Source: Diplonema japonicum (lineage: Eukaryota; Protista; Euglenozoa: Diplonemea). Taken from it: a stretch of DNA of 64,000 bases. Below, one piece after another: positions 33,235 through 42,458 of the stretch. The DNA lies in contig OZ025740.1 of NCBI GenBank assembly GCA_964019335.1, positions 310,001 to 374,000 of the forward strand, given 5' to 3'. Each line of letters opens with the position of its first letter. The first letter of the stretch is position 1. A model generated the notes under the pieces. That model worked only from the letters and a program-made list of their open reading frames with translations. It ran no database searches and had not been told where the DNA came from. A program made the position numbers and the translations under genes.

Positions 33235-34108
33235 CCTGATAGACAGGCAGTAATAGTGGGGTCAAAACTTTCCATTGGCTGTTCAGAATTCCATTTTTGG
33301 GACAAAATTGGGTGTTCAAAACCCCTGACCCCTCCACCTGGGGTTCAAGGAATTTCTTCAGGCTCTTTCCAACAATGAAAATTTCATATGCCACCATAGC
33401 CATGCCAGATGTGTCCCCTTGCACACGATCTGTTGCAACTGTGAAGGGTGTGGAAATCTGTATCGCGAATTCCAGCTCTGCCCCAAACCCTGCCTCTATG
33501 CCTGGAAAGAATTCTAGGAGATCAAGGATGGACTTCATCATTTCAAAAAACGAATTCCATCTGGTCTTTGTGTACCTCTTGATCTGTCTCGTCTTTTCAC
33601 AGCATACTCCATGTGAGACCTGTACGGTGTGGAGTGCCAACTGCCCAGCTTTCGAGGTCCATCTCTTGATCAGCGTTTTCACTTTGGCTCTAATGTTAGC
33701 CAGTCGCTCAATCTTGAAGATGAATGAATACATGTACAACATGGCTCCAAAGTTCCAGTATCATTTCACAGATGTGGGACGAAATGACAGCAGCAGTGGC
33801 ACTCACTTTTGTAAGGTCTATCATCTTGCAAAAGTAGCTGTTCTTCCCATCTGACATACTAATGCCAAGGATGCTTCGACGGTTTATTGTGGCTCCATCA
33901 ACAAGGAGGTACACATTCTGCCCTTGGAGCCTGTTTAGGACAGCAGCGTATGTCTCCTGTCCAAGTTCAACAACACGGCTTTGCATGTGTTTCCTGTTGA
34001 TTCCTTTCAATTTGCCTGCATTGAAAAAGCTGTGAAAGAACTTTCGATCACACAAAACAAACGGCAGGCAATACAGGCAAAGGAAAATGGACACACGATC
34101 CACCATAC

Positions 34109-35501
34109 CAGTGTTGGTCAGTCCTGTCCCATCCCCTAAAACGGAATATGGGCCTGGATGGGACCATGGGACTCCACGGGACAGGACTCACGGGACTTTC
34201 CCCAACACTGTCATTATTTTTGATAGTTTTGCAACTTTTTTTTTTTTTTTTCTTTTTTTCCCTTTGGGAAAAAAAAAAAAAAAAAAAATGGGGAAAAAAA
34301 AAAAAGAGAAAAAAATCCTTGATTTTTTTTGACATACATGATGTGTTTACCTTTTTTTTTTTCCCTTCTTTTTTTCTTGTCTTCTCACATTTTTTCACAC
34401 ACCTAAGCCAAGCTGTTGTTTCTGCTTTCCACATCAAATGTTGTATTTGGATGTAATAGAAAAGGGTGGAAATAATAAATAATATGTACAAGAGGAGGAT
34501 GTGTATGTTTATACAACCTGTGTAAACAGATCAGTTCCTTGCTTTCAGCACCGTGCCCCTAATGCGTGCGATGTACAGCTCAACCCCTGTATCACACTGC
34601 CTGTTTGTTGCACATATTTTCATGTTGTCCCCCCCCCCCCCCCCCCCACCTGAAAATAATATATAGGAGATAAATATATGAGTTAAAGGAGGCTGGGGTT
34701 GGCAGCACCCTGCACAAGAACTGTCTACTTGATTACAGGGGGGCACACCACAGCCGAGTTGTAGCTTCTTCTGCATTCTGCATCGTTTCCTTAATCACCA
34801 TGGCCAGGATGTTGCTTCTTCTGCATTCCACATCGTGCCCTTAATCACTACAGCCAGGTTGTAACTTCTTGCATTCCGTGTCATTTCCTTAACCACCACG
34901 GCTGGGTTGTAGCTTCTTCTGCATTCTGCATTGTGTCCTTAATCACCATGGCCGAGTTGTAGCTTTTTGTGTTCCATGTCATTTCCTTAATCACAATGGC
35001 CAGACGGCCGGGTTGTAGCTTCTTCTGTGTTCTGTGTCGTGTCCTTAATGTGTGTGGTGTTCAGCTCAACCCCAGCCAGGGCACCCCAGGTAACCAAGAT
35101 TCTGCGCTTGTGTTGTTTGCTCAGTGATGACAGATGAGGAGGTCAACAGCAAACAACACATCTGATGTTTTTCTTATATTTTCATGTTATCCCCACCACC
35201 TGAAAAAGAAGATAGAAGATTTTTTTTTTTTTTTTTTTTACTAACAGTCAGCACCCCCATGCACACTGAAATTTTATTGTTTTTTTTTTTTTCTTTTTTT
35301 TTTTTTTTTCTATATTGTTCACCAGGAGGTGCACATGTGACACCTGCTTTTCCCTGTGCAGCATAGTGGTACATGTTATAAAACACGTGCTGTGTTGTGC
35401 ACCCTGTGTTGCATACATCATGTGTGTCGAAAATTTGCAGTGTTGGGGTGGTTTGTGGGCCAGACCTCAGACCACCAGTCTGGCCAACATTGCCCATCCA
35501 A

Positions 35502-35544
<43 letters not shown>

Positions 35545-35909
35545 ATTGTACTTTTCTTGCAAAGGCCTCTTTTTAATATTTTTTTCAAAGCAGGTCTCCA
35601 AACCCCCTGACATTTTTTTAATTTTTTTTTTTTTTTTTTTTTTTTTTACATAGTCACAACAAGGTAGTATGAGCCTTGCCTCACATCCCACCCAAACCTA
35701 GGACCTCTTTTTTTGAACCTTTGAAACCAAAAGTACCAAAAAAATGCAAGCCCCAGCCTAAATTTGGGCCTTTGTGACACAAAAAACACAAAGAAATTTT
35801 TTGGTCCCAAGAGTCCCCTGAGTCCCCTCCAGACCCCTGAAAATTTCAGGGGACTCCTGTCCTGTCCCTTGGAGTCCCCTGAGTCCCTCAAGGGTCTGGA
35901 CCAACACTG
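34109..35909. mobile_element. Non-autonomous DNA transposon, TIR CAGTGTTGGTC, 7-bp TSD ACCATAC
   Basis: TIRs at 34109-34119 and 35899-35909. ACCATAC at 34102-34108 and 35910-35916. GGGAC/GTCCC subterminal motifs. Confidence 0.9.
34748..35050. repeat. About 49-bp minisatellite (about 6 units), also present inside the 32531 MITE
   Basis: Unit GTTGTAGCTTCTTCTGCATTCTGCATCGTGTCCTTAATCACCA(C/T)GGCC. Homolog at 32755-32895. Confidence 0.85.
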
Positions 35910-37393
35910 ACCATACTCAGGGCTTACATCTCTTAGACAACACATCTCTTTGCTGTGAGATTTGAGCCTTGAGAATGAGGTGAACCCTGTGACAGTGACA
36001 ACCCTGGCATTGGCTCAGAGATTGGACTGCACTTTTCTTTCGCTGGCTTGGGGATCTTTGCAGCTGTCTTCTTCTTCAGCTTTTCTGCCAATTTCGCTTT
36101 CACACCAGGGCTGTGTCTGCACTCCCAGTGCTCCTTCAACTTCCCTGATCTTGACTGGATGGTCACTGCACGTTCAACACACTCAGGAGCAAGACACGGC
36201 CGCTTCTCCATGACCATGCCATCCTTTTCCTTTGTCACTATCTTGCCAAAGTAGTACTCCTTAGAAGGGTCGATACCATGTGCATCACCAACAGACCATG
36301 TCTTGTTGTCCCAGATGGATGTCTTGGGTGTTGTAGAACATTCCTTAGCAGGTGCTTCCAACATGACTAGTGCGTTTCCAGACGAGGTGTGTGTTGCCTT
36401 AGGTTGTAAGGCTTCAGCCTTCAGAACTTTGATGGTGTCTTGTAGCTCTGTGATTCGTGCTTTTGCAAGACCAAGTTTTGCCATGGTATCACAAAGCTGG
36501 TATGGGTTGTGGTTTATTGTCTTTATGGCCTCAAGATGATAAACCTGTTCATCTTCCACATTTGGGGGGAAGTGGTGCAGGTACCCAGGATCCTGTGCAT
36601 ACTCACACAAAACAGCAACACAGCAAGATGCCAACAATCTTCCCATCCCAGACAGAAACCATGTCGTCCTGTGTTGGTTTCTTGTGTCGCTCCCCTCTGG
36701 TGCCCCAGAAGTGGGCTCTGAAGGTTGTGCCTTCTCCTTTCCCCTTCATGAAATGCAACATTTCATCATGGCTGAGGCCATTCTTGTTGCCAGTCTGGGT
36801 AAGGTCTTGTGTTTTCACATATTTCTGTGAGAACACAGTTTTGTATTGATTTCCTCCTCTTCTTCCTCCTCCTCTAGTTCAGATTTACCTGAACATAGCC
36901 CATGCCTGCCATGTTGAGTTGGCAGTCATGTTTCTGGTGCTTATCCTCTGCACCCCTTTCACCTTCTTCGCTACTTGGCACAGCTTCAGTGTCAGGAACA
37001 AAGAACAGAAGCAGAACAAGTACCACAATCATTTTATCTGTTAATTGTAAAAAATAATACAAAGAAAATGATAAACAAAGGCTAAATACTGTATAAATAC
37101 ACATCGACTCTGACAGTAATGCAACACAATGTGAAGCAACATGATGTGTTTTCTGTTCACATTTCATTCACTTGACACAAAAAATGTGAAGTAACACAAC
37201 ACAACACACCAAAGTGTCGTTTTATATTGTACCATACAGTTTATAAAATATTTTCTGTGTCGAAATTTCTAAAAAAAACTCCAGAAGGGCTGCCCTTTCA
37301 TAACTGAAAGTTAGATTTTTTCTTCTTCTTTTTTTTTTTTTTTTTTACATAATTTGTGTTGTACTTTTGTCATGATAAGGAATACATGCCAGG

Positions 37394-37399
<6 letters not shown>

Positions 37400-37430
<31 letters not shown>

Positions 37431-37504
37431 ATTGTACTTTTCTTGCAAGCCTCTTTTTAATATTATTTTTCAAAGCTGGTCCCCAAACCCTAAGACATTT
37501 TTTT

Positions 37505-37539
<35 letters not shown>

Positions 37540-38070
37540 TAGTCACAACAAAGGTAGTATGAGCCTTGCCTAAGATCCCACCCAAACCTAGGACCTCTTT
37601 TTTTGAACTTTTGAAACCAAAAGTACCAAAAAAATGCAAGCCCCAGCCTAAATTTGGGTCTTTGTGACACAAAAAACACAAAGAAATTTTTTAGTCCCAA
37701 GAGTCCCCTGAGTCCCCTCCAGACCCCTGAGTCCCTTGAGCCAGTCCAAATACAACATTTGATGTGGAAAGCAGAAACAACAGCTTGGCTTAGGTGTGCA
37801 AAAAAATGTGAGAAGACAAGAAAAAAAGAAGGGGAAAAAAAAAAAAGGTAAACACATCATGTATGTCAAAAAAAAGCAAGGATTTTTTTCTCTTTTTTTT
37901 TTCCCCATTTTTTTTTTTTTTTTTCCAAAAAAGTTGCAAAACTATCAAAAATAATGACAGTGTTGGGGAGAGTCCTGTGAGTCCTGTCAAGTCCCGTCCC
38001 GTGGAGTCCCATGAGTCCCATCCAGGCCTGTATTCCGTTTTAGGGGATGGGATGGGACTGACCAACACTG
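37400..38070. mobile_element. Rearranged fragments of the CAGTGTTGGTC element
   Basis: 37400-37740 is a direct copy of 35505-35840. 37745-38070 is an inverted copy of 34109-34452 ending in GACCAACACTG. No matching TSD. Confidence 0.8.
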
Positions 38071-38936
38071 CCCCAATAAAGTACAGAGCACTGATCACAA
38101 ACTTGCAAGAAACATGAGGAAAAAAATAAAGTTACTTTTTTTGATGTTTCTAGCCAAAACAAGGGAAAATAAATAAAGTCTACTTTATTTATGGGGTCCC
38201 CAGCCAAAAACACTAGGGGGGGGGGGCAAAAAGATAAATAAAAAAAGAAAGAAAGAACGAGAAAGAAAAGGGAACCAAGAGGCATGTGAGCAGCCAACCA
38301 CCTTGTCTATTTTAGTTTTCAAGATGTTTACCCTCTCCCCCCCCAAAAAAAATGAGTGAAAAAGAAAAGGGAAAAATAAGTGTAAAATAAGTTATATTCC
38401 GTGTACACTGAGTAGATGAAACCAACAACGCAAAACTGTACTCTGCCGTCAACCTTTATTCTTTTTTGTTCGACTCTCTGTTTTCGTATGCAGTACTTAT
38501 CCTTCTTCACCCCTTTTTATTTTACTTTTTCGCTTTTTACTACCCACTTGCAAAATCATTTCAGCTGCCATCAAACGGTAGCAACACCCTAAAGAGCCGC
38601 GTTCAAAAGGAGGTACAAGCCATGTCAAGTACTCGTCTTTCAGGAAGATGCCCAAAAGTTGGATTAGGTGGCTCCAGTACTCTGCACTGGCAAAATTGAA
38701 AAAAAAAAAAAAAAAACCATTTTACCCATTACCATGTGACCCCCTGCCTCCCCAAATTTTCAACACATTTGAACGATTGGTACAATCAGGTCTTTATTTT
38801 CGGGAGGATATTCTTCTTTTTCTTCATCATTTCACTTCTGAAGTCTTCACGACAAGCACACGAAAAATAACAACACACAAGCAAAAAAAGGTTTTTGTGG
38901 GGGAAAAGGAGGGGAAAGGAACGAAAAGAAAAGAAC

Positions 38937-39896
38937 ATGAATGGGAAGAGATCAGATGAAGGGGTGAACGATATGACAGTGTTCGTGAAGACAGGAGGCG
39001 AGGCTCACGATGTGGAAGTGTCGGGGAAGGAGACGGTGGGGAGCCTGTACAAGAAGGCGGGGTGTGCTGCTGGTTTACTCGAAGGCAGGTTCAAACTGGT
39101 TTGGGAGGGAGAGGTCCTGGACAGGAACAGTGGTGAAGAGGTTCATTCACTTGGGCTCGTGGAGGGCTCCGTGGTCCATGTGGAGGTGAACAAGAGGAGA
39201 ACAGTCCGTCTGGAAGAGCTGAAGGACAAGAACTCAGAAGTGGTTTCTGAGCTTGAGGGTCTTGTGTCAGCTGACCCTGAGCTTGTTCTGGTGGTGGAGG
39301 TGGGGTACTCTCCAGCTGTCGAAGTCTTGTCCATGAGCAGCAGTGACCTTCCTTCTGGACTTCGGTTCCTTGTTGTCACCGACTCCACAGGCTGTGTTAC
39401 AAGAATAAAATCTTCGTTTCTTCTTGATAGCTATTACCTGACGTCTGTTGATCTCATCCTCCCCAATGTTTCTACCATTGGTGATCAATTTTTATCACTG
39501 TGTGAAAATCTTGAAACCATCGACTTGAATGGGATGACCAATCTTTATTCCATTGGTCATCGCTTCTTGTCAGGGTGTGCAAATCTAAGAACCATCAACT
39601 TGAATGCGATGACCAATCTTTCTTCCATTGGTGATGACTTCTTGTTAGAGTGCGAAAAGTTAGAAACCATCGACTTGAGTTCCATGATCACTCTTTCTTC
39701 CTTTGGTTCTTCCTTCTTGTCAGGGTGCGAAAAATTAAAAATCGTCGACTTGAGCTCGATGACCAATCTCTCTTCTGTTAGTTTTTGCTACTTTGCAGGC
39801 TGCCACAGACTAGAAACCCTCATTCTGAGAAGAAGTATTGACAAGTTTAACAAGGCTGAGATGCCAGCTAGGATAAGTGTAGTATACAATGAGTAA
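38937..39896 (+). CDS. UBL + BspA-type LRR protein, copy 6 (6 LRR units)
   Basis: ATG at 38937 (MNGKRS). Intact ORF and first gene of the plus-strand cluster. Confidence 0.9.
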   Translation: MNGKRSDEGVNDMTVFVKTGGEAHDVEVSGKETVGSLYKKAGCAAGLLEGRFKLVWEGEVLDRNSGEEVHSLGLVEGSVVHVEVNKRRTVRLEELKDKNSEVVSELEGLVSADPELVLVVEVGYSPAVEVLSMSSSDLPSGLRFLVVTDSTGCVTRIKSSFLLDSYYLTSVDLILPNVSTIGDQFLSLCENLETIDLNGMTNLYSIGHRFLSGCANLRTINLNAMTNLSSIGDDFLLECEKLETIDLSSMITLSSFGSSFLSGCEKLKIVDLSSMTNLSSVSFCYFAGCHRLETLILRRSIDKFNKAEMPARISVVYNE

Positions 39897-39903
39897 AAAG
39901 AAG

Positions 39904-39937
<34 letters not shown>

Positions 39938-40118
39938 AAAGTGCAAAAGAACCAGCAAAGCTTATGGAAAGAGATAAATTTTTCATTTGGTTTTCGGTTC
40001 CATTTTCGTTTTGATTTTATAGTTTGTGGTTTTAGACTTATTATTTTCTATTTATTGTCCACAGAGCGAATGCGGAGGCCATGGTCGGGAACGGTACTCT
40101 CCAAACCTGCTGGGACGC

Positions 40119-40195
40119 TAGTAGGAGCCATTGAAGGGTGCCTCTCGCCTGATGAGGACAGCACCTGGAGGAGTTGCGAGATATGTCCGAAACTG
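40119..40195 (+). ncRNA. Hammerhead ribozyme candidate
   Basis: CTGATGA (40149-40155), stem II GGACA/TGTCC (40156-40160/40184-40188), GAAA (40189-40192). Candidate NUH strands at 40119-40127 and 40172-40181. Confidence 0.6.
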
Positions 40196-40354
40196 AGAGA
40201 TGCCTAGTACTGACCAAACCCCTCCCCTTCTTCTAGGGGCCTGTGGCTCTCACACGGAGTTTGCATGTGACATCATCTCTATTTATTTAATTTGGGTTTG
40301 CTAGTCTGGAAAAAGAAAAAAAAAAAAAAAAAAAAAAAAAAGCAATTGTTTGTG

Positions 40355-40681
40355 CTCTATATTCGCTAAGTGACCCACCAGATTTGAAGAGCTAAAAAAA
40401 TTTCTAATTGCTTTTTCTAGGGTTGGAATGGATTTATTTGCGTCTGGGGCCCAATGTTCGACATATGGAATTTTTTTTTGTAATAAAAACTTTTTTGGTG
40501 ATTTGCCTTACTTTGTACTATACAAAATGAAGCAGCTCCAGTGGAAAAAACACGGCACAAGTGGGGTTCGAACCCTGATGAAAAAACCACTGCGTCGGGA
40601 TTCGAACCCGCGACTCCTCTGGAACAAGGGGGCCTGACAGGTGAGCATGGTAACCACTCTACCACAGGAATTCAAAACTCT
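40355..40681 (-). mobile_element. tRNA(Asp)-derived SINE-like element
   Basis: Minus strand: A-box TGGTAGAGTGG, CCTGTCAG anticodon-like loop, B-box GGTTCGAATCC, second GGTTCGAACC. The cloverleaf is broken. Second copy at 30748-31876. Confidence 0.7.
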
Positions 40682-40940
40682 GACCCCCCATCTTTACTCA
40701 CGCATCCGGCTTAGTGGGTGGAGTAGGTCCCTTCTTTTCACACCAGATATCCTCGCGATACACACTCACGACGTGCCTCAGCCCATCAACACTGTGATGA
40801 AATAAACACAGAATAAGAGATGAGATAAAGGAGGTTCCTGTTCTGGAACGTCCTTGTCTACTTATCTCTACTTATCTACCCCTTTCCCTGTTTTCGAAGT
40901 CTAGTATGAGTTCCATTGTCTTATATTCACTAAATAAATA

Positions 40941-42280
40941 CTGTAAAACGAAAAACTCCTGGACGGAAAAATGTCCGAGTTTTTTTGGTGTCCGGGAATT
41001 TTTCCGTCCAGGAGTTTTTCCGTCCGGGGGTTTTTTTTAGGTAAGGCCGTCAGGGGGCCTGGTCCACTACTACCTACATACTATACTGGCCCGGGCTGCA
41101 AGCGGCAACCGCGCGAAGAAACCCCCAGGGTTTGCTGCCCCTGAGGCAATCAGCTTGTCGAGCCTTCGTGTGACCCACTATTTATAACCTTTCTTAATAG
41201 ATGCTTTACAGCTGCGTTCAACCCAATATCCATCGGTTGAACCATGTAGGTGAGCCCAGGGGGCACGTTTGTGCCTGCGAACAACTCTACGAACCCATAG
41301 GCATAGGTCGTATGAGAGTTGTGGTCGGCGACAAGCAGCAGAATCGGCCTGTTTGGCAAAACCATGGGAATCGATGATTTATAACAAAAAGGAAGAAACA
41401 GCTCCGTAACCCAGATACCGAGTGTATCATACTTAGCCCAATGATTGGGCGATGCCGTTAGGCTCCATTCGGTGGGCAGGTGCTTGACTGGGGCACGGAT
41501 AATCCCTGCCAGTTGTGTTCCCGCTTTGCCTTTGTATTTAAGTTGCGGATGCAACCCATCCAGCCAAGGAAACAGCCAGCTGTTCGGTTATAGCCCGTTT
41601 TGTCCCCCAAGCCACGGACTTTTACGACCTTAGCACCCCCTTTTCGTTTTGGTTTTTAACTCCGTATTCCAGACCAATTCCGGCCTTACTTTATGGCCTG
41701 AATTCCATGGTGAAACAGCGTGCCCTCTCTTCTCGTTTCCGGGCTTTCCGGAGGTGGCTTGCGGCTTTTGTTTTTCTTGCTGCAAAGTTTGTCAGCCCAG
41801 CTAGTGGAAAAGGACAGTGCCCCACCAAAGTCTACCAGGTCTGTCTTTCGGGCTGGATTGGCGCACAACAGCCCTTCTGTATAGGTGCATATTTGTTGTG
41901 CTGGGATAGGCTCGCCAAGCCCGTTTTACCTATCGACTCAAGTAAAAACCTTGGCAGTCCCTGCCTCGGTCAGAAGAGGTTTGCGGCCGACGGTAAAGGG
42001 CAGCAACAGGTTCAACAGAGCCTCCAGTTTCTTCCAGACGGAAATACTGGACGTTGCTATTCCACCCTACCACACCCTGGCCGCCGCGACGCCGTGATAG
42101 CAGCGCCGGGATTTAGCATCCTTCGGGGCTGAAGCTGCTTTCGGGGGTTTGTTTGGCCTTCTCGGCCCAGTGTAAGGAGTTTATCTCCTTCTTCCCAGAA
42201 AAACTCCCAGACGGAAAAATGTCCGGGTTTTTTTGGTGTCCAGGGGTTTTTCCGCCCGGGAGTTTTTCCGTCCGAGAATT
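40941..42280 (-). mobile_element. Degenerate pogo/Tigger-like (DDE_1) transposon with palindromic end units
   Basis: PILLLVADHNSH..PPGLTYMVQPMDIGLN (41150..41554) and FSTSWADK (CENP-B-type HTH-like). Homologous palindromes at 40950-41020 and 42198-42268. Confidence 0.8.
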
Positions 42281-42458
42281 TTCCAAAAGAAAAACAAGAG
42301 TTTCCATTCCATTTTTTCCCATTCTCTTCTTTATTTCTCGCTAGCTGAACAAAGCTGCCTCTCGACTCTTTTTTTTAAAGCTATAATAACACTTCATATA
42401 CAGTTCAAGCAAGGATAAAAAGAAAGAGAAGGAAGAAGTAAAACAAATAAAGTAAAAT

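Larger units (their letters stand above)
32460..36836 (-). pseudogene. hAT-superfamily transposase pseudogene (BED finger + DDE core) split by two MITEs; ends approximate
   Basis: BED-like CLAPEC..SGKLKEHWECRH (35933..36646), YLLVDGAT (33708..34106), KTRWNSFFEM (33215..33742). The frame is continuous across the 34109-35909 insert apart from two TAA stops. Confidence 0.8.

Noticed and set aside
34109-38070. One 4-kb transposon with 350-bp TIRs
   Set aside because: The flanks share no TSD, whereas 34109-35909 has a perfect one and its removal restores the host frame.
40590-40672. Functional tRNA-Asp(GTC) gene
   Set aside because: The acceptor and anticodon stems do not close, and the sequence is embedded in a repeated element with a second B-box.
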